Part shown: piece by piece, positions 13,265-20,000 of the stretch | Layout of the letters: each line of letters begins with the position of its first letter | Numbering within the stretch: the stretch's first letter is position 1 | IMG/VR virus record: IMGVR_UViG_3300034815_000029 | Reading direction: 5' to 3' (one strand) | DNA length: 20,000 nt | Source of the DNA: an uncultured virus (IMG/VR IMGVR_UViG_3300034815_000029) | Taxonomy: Duplodnaviria; Heunggongvirae; Uroviricota; Caudoviricetes | Position numbers and translations under genes: made by a program | Notes under the pieces: generated by a model | Database searches by the model: none | Told to the model about the DNA's origin: nothing | Seen by the model: only the letters and a program-made list of their open reading frames with translations

Positions 13265-15462
13265 CAGGCGCCTTTCAGTCCGAGCATGGATTCGGCGGCG
13301 ACCACCGCATAAACCCGGACATTCCCAGCCAGCCGGTGCGCCATCGTGTCGGACTTGTACCCGGCCGGCAACGAAAATGCCTTGCTGTCTACCACCTGCT
13401 TGGTGAACTTGAGCGCGCCCCCAATGTAAAGGCTGTACTGTAGCGAGTCGAACGTCAGCGGAGGCAGATCGGCCAGCGCGTCGCCTCCAAGCGGATAAGC
13501 GCCGATGGCAGAAGAGCCCAACGCACCGTACAGCAGCGCTGGATCGCCGAAGAATGCCAGCGTCGGAGTGGTCGAGGTCGTTGCCGCCGCGGTCAGGGTA
13601 ATCTGCGTTGCGCTGTCCACGCTCTTGATCCGCGTGCTTGCCGGTATCCCAGAGCCAGTCACGTTAAGAGATGCGTATAGGTCCGCCGTGGTGGCCAGTC
13701 CCGTTACTATGGCGGTTGAGTTTGTCACGGCTGCGCGACTGATCGATGCCGCCCCGATTCTTACCTGGTTGGCCGTATAGACCGCATCGTAAGCTGTCTG
13801 CGCAGCCAGTTGCTCGGCTTCTGTCATGGTGAAGTCGGCATCAATCTTCACCGCTCCCATGTTGACTGGCGGGAGCGTCAGGAATTCCTTGCTCATCCAG
13901 TCGTACAATCGCCTTACCCCGGTATCGCCTTCCCATTCTAGGATCTCGATTCCGACTGCCACATACAGTTTTCCGGTTTCCGGGTCGTTCCATGCCGCGG
14001 TGATGGCATCATTGGCCTTGGCCAGAATCCCGTTTCCGCCGTCAAGGATCAGCATTCCGCTGACGGAGGCGCTTGCCTCGTAGTAAGCGTAATACTTGCT
14101 GTCATGCAGGGCGGCAATGAAAGAACTCGGAACCAGCGGCAGCCACTCTGCCTGGGTGTAAAGCGGCTTTGTCAGAAGATTTGCGCCGCCCGCTCCAATA
14201 AACGCAATCCCGCTGTTGGTCGGATACATCACCCCGCCATCACCGGACACCATGCCGCGCTTGGACAGGCACGGCCAGATATTGTCGATCCGGTCCATGC
14301 TCATCGCGTCCGGGCTCGATCCGCTCAGGGTGTAGGGCGTTCCGGTCGTGCCGATCACGATAGTCGTGCCAATCGAACCAAGTGCCACAATCGGGTAATC
14401 CGTGGTTTGCCGATACCCAACCGGCCAGGCATTAGGATGCCACGGCTCGCACAGGCACATTTCATTGCCCGCGAATCCAGCCATCATGCCGTTTGGCAAG
14501 GAAATCAGCCCGAGCATGTCCGCGGGCGGCATGTGGTAGCTGGTGCAGGTCATCTGCGCGCCGTTGGCCGTGCTGCCGGCCACGGTGTCGCTGGTCGTGG
14601 CGACGGCGATATTCTCTTTCACCAGCCAGTAGACGCCATTATCTGACCAGTAGATGCGCTTGGTCATGCTGGCGATATTGTGCGGCGCCAACCGCGTCGA
14701 CGTGCCGACACCATCCGTGACGGTGGGATCAACTGCCATCGCCACGCGATAGGTGGTCGGGCTCGGCACGTCATAGACTTTCTGCTCGCCGTTGAGCGAG
14801 GCCGGCGCAAAGCCGGAATTGGTCACATACTCGTTCGCGCGCAAGCCGAAGGTGCTGGTGCAGGTGAAAGTCAGATAACCGCCCGACCATGCTACGCCAG
14901 TGACGACGTAGCTGTTCAGAGGCGCCGTGTCCATGCTGGCAATGGTCCAGGTGCCGTCAACCTTGCCGGTAATCACTGCCGAAGCCGGTGACGGCGCGCT
15001 TTCCTCGCCCCATGCGGTGACGAAGGTATATTGAAACGATCTCGATACCGCCGCCCCCGTTCCACCCGCATGGCTGGGTGACGCCGCCGTAGTGGGCTGG
15101 AATACGCCCAGCACATAGAACGCCGTCGGGTAAGGCGCGGAAGATGTTGCCAGCGCGTAATTGGTGACACGGGGCTCGCCGGCACCGGTAAAGTAGGTAC
15201 GGTACGACGTATCGCCGGCAATCGGTCCGCGGCAGGCGTTGACATCCTTGTTCCAGGCCACAAACTTGTCGTTGATGCGGAAAATCGACTTGATGATGCC
15301 GGAAATTCCTGGCGTATTGGCAACGGAATTCCCGTTAAGCGATTTCAACTCGCCGGACACCAGGTTGCAGTTGATGGCGACCTGCGCTTGGTTGTCAGCA
15401 AGCAGTCGCTTGGATAGGCGCGGTACTATACCGCCAAAACCGTGGACGCGGAAGGCTACCAT
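13264..15462 (-). CDS. Tail nozzle / packaged-DNA stabilisation protein (tail tubular protein B-like, 732 aa)
   Basis: N-terminal FGGIVPRLSKRLL..AQVAINCNL..GEL motif and beta-rich repeats (YTFVTAWGEESAPSP, LPNGMMAGF, EPWHPNAWP). Size and position before the GNAT/ejection genes fit. Confidence 0.75.
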   Translation of the reverse strand: MVAFRVHGFGGIVPRLSKRLLADNQAQVAINCNLVSGELKSLNGNSVANTPGISGIIKSIFRINDKFVAWNKDVNACRGPIAGDTSYRTYFTGAGEPRVTNYALATSSAPYPTAFYVLGVFQPTTAASPSHAGGTGAAVSRSFQYTFVTAWGEESAPSPASAVITGKVDGTWTIASMDTAPLNSYVVTGVAWSGGYLTFTCTSTFGLRANEYVTNSGFAPASLNGEQKVYDVPSPTTYRVAMAVDPTVTDGVGTSTRLAPHNIASMTKRIYWSDNGVYWLVKENIAVATTSDTVAGSTANGAQMTCTSYHMPPADMLGLISLPNGMMAGFAGNEMCLCEPWHPNAWPVGYRQTTDYPIVALGSIGTTIVIGTTGTPYTLSGSSPDAMSMDRIDNIWPCLSKRGMVSGDGGVMYPTNSGIAFIGAGGANLLTKPLYTQAEWLPLVPSSFIAALHDSKYYAYYEASASVSGMLILDGGNGILAKANDAITAAWNDPETGKLYVAVGIEILEWEGDTGVRRLYDWMSKEFLTLPPVNMGAVKIDADFTMTEAEQLAAQTAYDAVYTANQVRIGAASISRAAVTNSTAIVTGLATTADLYASLNVTGSGIPASTRIKSVDSATQITLTAAATTSTTPTLAFFGDPALLYGALGSSAIGAYPLGGDALADLPPLTFDSLQYSLYIGGALKFTKQVVDSKAFSLPAGYKSDTMAHRLAGNVRVYAVVAAESMLGLKGA

Positions 15463-15800
15463 CAGCGTTTCCCGCCTTCATACGGAACAGCCAGGCCCAG
15501 CGCCAGCATTTCCTGATTGATCGATCTCCACCCGCCATCAACCCGCTCCAGGATGTCTACCAGCCAGCGCCCGTATTTGTCCGCCTTGGCGGTTTCTACC
15601 TCTAGCCTGCTCAAGTCGTTGCCGATACGCCCGATCAGCCATTGCTTTGCCGCCTCGCCGCCGCTCGCCATTTCCGGCGTGTTAATATGTGCCATTCGGC
15701 AGATGGCCCGATAGCTCATTCTGAAACCACAATCGAAGGTCATTTCTACGCTATCCCCGTCGATTACGCGAGCAGCAATGATTTTGTATCGGTAGGTCAC
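15462..15800 (-). CDS. Thermonuclease (staphylococcal nuclease-like) family protein (112 aa)
   Basis: RVIDGDS, RMAHINTPE, DKYGRWL and SINQEMLALGLAVPYEGG are SNase-family motifs. The GTG start overlaps the upstream TAG. Confidence 0.88.
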   Translation of the reverse strand: MTYRYKIIAARVIDGDSVEMTFDCGFRMSYRAICRMAHINTPEMASGGEAAKQWLIGRIGNDLSRLEVETAKADKYGRWLVDILERVDGGWRSINQEMLALGLAVPYEGGKR

Positions 15801-16195
15801 TATTTTGCTCCGTCATTCATATATGTGGCCTGTCCATAATTTGGGCCGTCCATACCTGCTGCGCTGGATTCATCATGCTGAAACCGAATTGGGATGCCAA
15901 GCCTACCATTACCCTTCCACCCTATACCACACTGGAAATAACGTTCTGTAAATGGGCGAATCTGAATCCCGATCCAGAATGGAAGGCGCATTTGCAGGAA
16001 GAAAACCCCATTCATGAACAGGCTGGGCGGATCACGATAGATTAGTCGCGCCAACGTGAAACCCACATGGTCGAAGAACCCGCATTGCAGGCTCAACAGG
16101 TGGATGGAGTATCGTTCTGGTATAGCAGTGCGATCACCGAGCCAGTCGATGATCTGCCAGAGCGTTGTAAGATTCTCGAATGGTCTGCTCATCAT
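15800..16195 (-). CDS. Hypothetical phage protein (~131 aa)
   Basis: ATG overlaps the tail fibre stop (ATGA); aromatic-rich sequence; fills the gap between coupled genes. Confidence 0.7.
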   Translation of the reverse strand: MMSRPFENLTTLWQIIDWLGDRTAIPERYSIHLLSLQCGFFDHVGFTLARLIYRDPPSLFMNGVFFLQMRLPFWIGIQIRPFTERYFQCGIGWKGNGRLGIPIRFQHDESSAAGMDGPNYGQATYMNDGAK

Positions 16196-17262
16196 TGGTC
16201 GCCAAAGCAAACGAAATTAACATCCACAGGATCAAAATACGCGCTGTCCGCTACGTTTCTGCAAAGAATTTGAAATGATCCTGCGGCGCGACTGGCATAT
16301 ATGACGAATCCGCTGTCGTGCATTGAAGCGACAATGGTGTAATTCCCGCTAGACATATCGTCACCAAGTGTCACAGCGTAAATTCCAAGTGATGAGCGCA
16401 CCACGCTGGTTATGTTGTGACCGGCTTGCAATGTCCCAGCGCCAGTGAACATACCCCACGCCTTTGCTACACCGGGATTATGTTTTACTACGCTAGGTGT
16501 AACAACAACTGTTGCGCTAGTTGCCGCCTCCATGTCGGCCTGAGATGCCACATTTGCAGTCAGTGCGCCCGCTGATAGCGATAGACCGGCTCCAACCGTC
16601 AATTCTTCAATAGCGCCTGTTGATGCTGTTGTCCGGCCAAGTATTCTCCCCGTTGCCTGCGTCAATCCAGACCCGGTTATTGCGCCAATGGCGGCGTACA
16701 GTGCATCGAAATAAGTCTTGAGCGTTGCCTTAACATTTGCCCAGGTGACGTTCTTCAGCACACCGCCGACCATCACCGGCATTACGTTCGCATCGACAGG
16801 CGTTACCGCTGCGGCGGCCACAATATCCGCATCCGTGATGACATTCCCGTCACGATCTGCAAAGGTATAGGTGCGTGCCGCCGTGTTGGTGTTAGTGAAT
16901 ACTGACTTGAAGGTCTTGGCCGCGTTGTAAAAATTGTTCTTGAACTCGTACAGCAGATCCAGCAGCGAGGCGTTGACCGCGCACAACTCGATTACATCCC
17001 CAGCAACCCATGAAGCATAGGCCGTGCTGCCATCAGCACCTCGTCCACCCGATGCGGGCGTCAGTGTGGTTCCAGCAATCGTGCCGATCTTGATGACTTC
17101 GCGCACTAGGGAAGAGTTCTTGATGACCACATAGCACCAGTCGCCAGCGCCAAGAGTTGGCAGGTTTGAGGCGGAGGTGACGGTAAATGCGGCCTCGGTG
17201 GTGCCGGTCGGCGGTGTCGCAAGCGTCGTGGAAAAAAAGTTGCTGTGTTTGACTGCGCCCAT
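16192..17262 (-). CDS. Tail fibre / receptor-binding protein (356 aa)
   Basis: N-terminal virion-attachment-like domain (NFFSTTLA...EVIKI...RGADGSTA...GDVIEL), Thr/Ala/Gly-rich shaft, ASQADMEAATSATVVVTP segment, and C-terminal AKAWGMF..GHNITSVVRSSLGIYAVT module common in fibre proteins. Confidence 0.75.
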   Translation of the reverse strand: MGAVKHSNFFSTTLATPPTGTTEAAFTVTSASNLPTLGAGDWCYVVIKNSSLVREVIKIGTIAGTTLTPASGGRGADGSTAYASWVAGDVIELCAVNASLLDLLYEFKNNFYNAAKTFKSVFTNTNTAARTYTFADRDGNVITDADIVAAAAVTPVDANVMPVMVGGVLKNVTWANVKATLKTYFDALYAAIGAITGSGLTQATGRILGRTTASTGAIEELTVGAGLSLSAGALTANVASQADMEAATSATVVVTPSVVKHNPGVAKAWGMFTGAGTLQAGHNITSVVRSSLGIYAVTLGDDMSSGNYTIVASMHDSGFVIYASRAAGSFQILCRNVADSAYFDPVDVNFVCFGDQ

Positions 17263-17272
17263 AACCTATCCC

Positions 17273-17917
17273 TTAGAAGTATTGCCCGCGCACGCGTAGC
17301 TTGGCGCGACCAAATCCAGTAGCGACTTTGTGCTTGGTGTTGTCGATCTCGGTATTGAAGAAAGCGAAGCACTGCGCCGCACCCGCGGGATCGGAATAGG
17401 GTTTGCCCACACTGATCTTCAGCCGATACAGCGCGCCGTTCTTGATCGCCTCCAAATACTCTTCATGGATGCGCTGCTCTATCGTTGTGGACGCGCGAGT
17501 CGGCTTGAGCGCAACCCGCATCTTCAACGCACTGGCCAGGCTGGCAGAAGGGAATGGCACCAGCCGGATATTCGTTTCGTCGTCCTGGGTGTAATACAGC
17601 GGCGTCCCGGTTTCGTTGCGCCAGTCGCTCGACGCATAGATGGCCTTCAGCTCGTCCGGCGTCTTGGGTGTAATCTCGATGCCGTTGTAGAACGCCTGCA
17701 GCACCTTGGCCACTACCGTTCCAGATGTCGGCACAAAGGCATAGGTCGCCGTTGCCGCTACTGCGCTGATGGCCGGATGGTTGTAGATGTAGGCCAGTGT
17801 TTTCTGGCAAAACTCGATGGCCGCATTGCGAATCGCATTCAGCGCGACGGCCTGCAGGCATCCCGGCACCTCGGGCAAGACCTCATCGTAAAAAGCCGTG
17901 TAGGCAACGGTCGTCAT
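17273..17917 (-). CDS. Head-tail adaptor / tail tubular protein A-like (214 aa)
   Basis: VLPEVPGC...AIRNAAIEFCQKT, IRLVPFP, VALKPTRAS and EAIKNGALYRL pattern; size and position upstream of fibre/nozzle. Confidence 0.7.
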   Translation of the reverse strand: MTTVAYTAFYDEVLPEVPGCLQAVALNAIRNAAIEFCQKTLAYIYNHPAISAVAATATYAFVPTSGTVVAKVLQAFYNGIEITPKTPDELKAIYASSDWRNETGTPLYYTQDDETNIRLVPFPSASLASALKMRVALKPTRASTTIEQRIHEEYLEAIKNGALYRLKISVGKPYSDPAGAAQCFAFFNTEIDNTKHKVATGFGRAKLRVRGQYF

Positions 17918-18243
17918 ACTTGCCCCTTAACCAGATTGAAGAACAGGGCGGCACGCTCAGTCAGCACGCTCTCGTCGTTTTTCGTTTCTGCGCGCGCGGT
18001 CACGTAGTCGGCCAGCGCCGGCACAATCTCTGCATTCAGCGGGAAAGTGTCGTCCAGCGCCAGATTCTCAGTGGTTGACAGCGTGCCAAACAGCCCGAAG
18101 AACAGATCAGGGCGCTTGTTGCGCAGCAGCAGAATGCCGTCTTGGGCGAACACCAGCAGGGCCGCATCGGTGAAGCGCACCTTGTCGTCGTCGTTGATCG
18201 GGGTGCGTCCACGGTCAACGATATTTTGCATGGTGTAGCTCAT
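17914..18243 (-). CDS. Small phage adaptor-like protein (109 aa)
   Basis: IVDRGRTPINDDDKVRFTDAALL...KRPDLF and ALADYVTARA resemble the helical part of phage adaptor proteins; ATGA overlaps on both sides. Confidence 0.6.
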   Translation of the reverse strand: MSYTMQNIVDRGRTPINDDDKVRFTDAALLVFAQDGILLLRNKRPDLFFGLFGTLSTTENLALDDTFPLNAEIVPALADYVTARAETKNDESVLTERAALFFNLVKGQV

Positions 18244-18740
18244 GGCGCCCGCCCGTTCTCGAAGTCAATCAAGGTGTTCAGCCTGGTTGCGCAGGTATCG
18301 TAATATTGGCCGGCTTCGACGGCCCAAGTCGCAATGTCGGCGTCAGAGGCGGCAAGTGTTCTGGAACTTTCTGGCGTAGATTCCCCGGCGCCTCCACCTG
18401 TGGTGGTGCCGTTGGGCATGTCTCGCACCCCGTTAATGAGATCGACAGCAGCAGGGCCAAGGCAAGGCTGGCCAGTAGTGACTTTGGGAACATACTTGAT
18501 CCTTTCGATGGTCTTGATCTGGATGGTGGATTCAGCGGTAGCGAGCTGGGCAGACAGGGCATTCCCGCGTGCGACTTCCTCTTGGTGCTTCTTGGCCGCC
18601 GCGCGCTCCGCGATCATATTCTTGGCGTCGCGTCTGTCATTGGTTGAGCTCGTCCCGTACCACACCCCTGAAGCGAACAGAGACAGCGCCAGCAGCAGGG
18701 CGCCCAGCATTCGGTACGGCAGCGGAATCATGGTCAACAT
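18240..18740 (-). CDS. Rz: Inner-membrane spanin (Rz-like, 166 aa)
   Basis: N-terminal TM helix (MLGALLLALSLFASGVWYG) followed by a coiled coil; immediately after the endolysin; contains an embedded lipoprotein gene. Confidence 0.8.
   Translation of the reverse strand: MLTMIPLPYRMLGALLLALSLFASGVWYGTSSTNDRRDAKNMIAERAAAKKHQEEVARGNALSAQLATAESTIQIKTIERIKYVPKVTTGQPCLGPAAVDLINGVRDMPNGTTTGGGAGESTPESSRTLAASDADIATWAVEAGQYYDTCATRLNTLIDFENGRAP
18278..18493 (-). CDS. Rz1: Outer-membrane spanin lipoprotein (Rz1-like, 71 aa) embedded in the +1 frame of Rz
   Basis: AAGGA RBS 6 nt before ATG 18493; signal peptide MFPKSLLASLALALLLSISLTG-C (lipobox LTGC); Pro-rich mature part. Confidence 0.82.
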   Translation of the reverse strand: MFPKSLLASLALALLLSISLTGCETCPTAPPQVEAPGNLRQKVPEHLPPLTPTLRLGPSKPANITIPAQPG

Positions 18741-19262
18741 TCAGCCTACCTCTTCGCGCAGACTGCGCAGTCGGTTCTTCCAGCCGTTGATGAACTTCCC
18801 CTGAGTCGGATCGTTCTCGACAATCGCGTCATAAAATTCAGCGCGCTGATCCAGATAGGCGTGAATGATTGCATCCTCGTCAGTCATCATCAGCGCAGTT
18901 TCCAGCGCCTTCATGGTGCTGCGCCCCATTACCCCGTCGTCACTGGTGCCGATGGCCAGTTGCAGCAGCTTGATGGCCCGGTGTACGCCATGGTTTACCG
19001 CGGCATCGAAGTGGATCAGACCCAGGCGCTCCGGCATCTTTTCGCACCAGGCTGGATTCCAGTATTGGGTCAGATAGATCGCGGCGACTTCGGTGTTGCT
19101 GATTTCTCCGACGGATTGCGCCGGCTGGTTATGCGAAGTTCTCCAGGCGTCATAGACGCGCTGGGTAATCCCCTTGTTGGTTGCCCCGCCGCGGTCGGTC
19201 TTGTCATCGACGTAGCCGCCCTCACGAATCAGGACCGTTTGCAGCGCACGCTCGAAGCTCAT
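18741..19262 (-). CDS. Endolysin, glycoside hydrolase family 108 with C-terminal peptidoglycan-binding domain (173 aa)
   Basis: EGGYVDDKTDRGGATNKGIT, FDAAVNHG, DGVMG..T and FINGWKNRL. Start set at ATG 19262 (GGAGG RBS, ATGA overlap). Confidence 0.92.
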   Translation of the reverse strand: MSFERALQTVLIREGGYVDDKTDRGGATNKGITQRVYDAWRTSHNQPAQSVGEISNTEVAAIYLTQYWNPAWCEKMPERLGLIHFDAAVNHGVHRAIKLLQLAIGTSDDGVMGRSTMKALETALMMTDEDAIIHAYLDQRAEFYDAIVENDPTQGKFINGWKNRLRSLREEVG

Positions 19263-19507
19263 GCCGACCTCCGGCTGCACCACATCATCATCGCCACGCC
19301 GCTATGGACAGCGACTTGTGGCCAGGCTGGCTGAGTCATGCCGAATAGCGGCGCGACCAGTACCGAGAAAGCCCCGACCGCGGCCAGGATATAGCCCATC
19401 CGGATCTGGAAGCGGGTGGATTTAGTCATTCTGTTGGCGCCGTTCAACGCCAGAATCAGGATGGTTAAGACGGCAATGCTGTTGACGATAGAAAGAAGGA
19501 GGTTCAT
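19259..19507 (-). CDS. Small multi-TM membrane protein, putative holin/antiholin (82 aa)
   Basis: Two to three hydrophobic segments; directly upstream of and coupled to the endolysin. Confidence 0.7.
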   Translation of the reverse strand: MNLLLSIVNSIAVLTILILALNGANRMTKSTRFQIRMGYILAAVGAFSVLVAPLFGMTQPAWPQVAVHSGVAMMMWCSRRSA

Positions 19508-19830
19508 TTCTTCCCCCTATTTATCAAGCTCATCGGATCATTTCTGACGATTTCCGACAGCTTCATCACGCCCGGCACGATGTTCATCGACGTAAGACCA
19601 AGGATGAAGGCCATGCCGTTGCTTAACACTTCCTCAAGATCGAAGTACCAGTTCACGATAGGCGTCATGTAACCCGCGACCAGCGCACCCGTCAGGACTG
19701 CCAGGACCATTTGCCACTTGGTCAGTTCTTTGAGGTAGGACAGGCTGACCACCGCACCAGCCAGACCGGCGATCAGTGACGCATACTTGACGCCGAGCAG
19801 GCTGCCAATTCCCCCCGATGGATCAGCCAT
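19504..19830 (-). CDS. Putative holin (108 aa)
   Basis: Three hydrophobic segments (LIAGLAGAVVSL, LAVLTGALVAGY, GMAFILGLTSM), basic C-terminus, AAGGGGG RBS; first gene of the lysis cassette. Confidence 0.72.
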   Translation of the reverse strand: MADPSGGIGSLLGVKYASLIAGLAGAVVSLSYLKELTKWQMVLAVLTGALVAGYMTPIVNWYFDLEEVLSNGMAFILGLTSMNIVPGVMKLSEIVRNDPMSLINRGKK

Positions 19831-19843
19831 AAAACCCCCTTGA

Positions 19844-20000
19844 TTACTGTTTGATGGTCACATGTGCCATGATGGCGTCGCGGATGGTCTGCGCGCTGTT
19901 GCGGCCGCTCACTTCAAGCTCCATTTCGATGGCCATGGCCAGCAGTTCCGGCTTGTCCAGATCCATCAGGTTGATGGTTTCTGCACCGTTGGTGATAATC
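19844..20000 (-). CDS. 3' end of hypothetical protein with a Rho-N/SAP-like helix-loop-helix tail (partial)
   Basis: Open frame ...NLMDLDKPELLAMAIEMELEVSGRNSAQTIRDAIMAHVTIKQ* with stop at 19844-19846. Confidence 0.55.
   Translation of the reverse strand, partial: IITNGAETINLMDLDKPELLAMAIEMELEVSGRNSAQTIRDAIMAHVTIKQ

Larger units (their letters stand above)
1..20000 (-). mobile_element. Podovirus-like phage/prophage late gene region (lysis, adaptor, tail, ejection proteins, DarB-like giant protein)
   Basis: Co-oriented, tightly coupled genes (ATGA/TGATG overlaps): holin-like proteins, GH108 endolysin, Rz/Rz1, tail fibre, nozzle, GNAT, ejection proteins and a giant MTase-helicase. The architecture recalls Bcep22-like podophages. 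No att site, integrase or boundary is visible, so prophage versus free phage cannot be decided. Confidence 0.93.

Noticed and set aside
16192..17262. Diversity-generating retroelement or invertible segment acting on the tail fibre
   Set aside because: No template/variable repeat pair, reverse transcriptase, invertase or inverted repeats were seen in the window.
1..20000. CRISPR arrays, tRNA/rRNA genes, IS elements, att sites
   Set aside because: The window is almost completely protein-coding and no such repeats or structures were seen.

Overview
The whole window is the late (virion and lysis) operon of a podovirus-type phage or prophage, encoded entirely on the minus strand. Reading right to left it contains: the 3' end of a small head-region gene; two holin-like membrane proteins; a GH108 endolysin; an Rz i-spanin with an embedded Rz1 lipoprotein; two head-tail adaptor genes; a tail fibre; a hypothetical gene; a thermonuclease; a tail nozzle/stabilisation protein; a 59-aa gene; a GNAT-fold protein; and two ejection proteins. 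These are followed by a giant ORF (ATG at 10323, stop-free to base 1, >3441 aa) that the supplied ORF track omits. It encodes a DarB-like polyvalent virion protein with a hydrophobic N-terminal region, several small modules, an N6-adenine methyltransferase and an SF2/SNF2-type helicase. The most striking observation is that low-complexity linkers of this gene hide three complete small ORFs (5652-5939, 7494-7670, 8514-8732) and possibly the start of a fourth (ATG at 20). All are in the same +1 frame and each has its own Shine-Dalgarno motif; one also has a sigma70-like promoter. Protein family calls come from motif recognition and gene order, not database searches.
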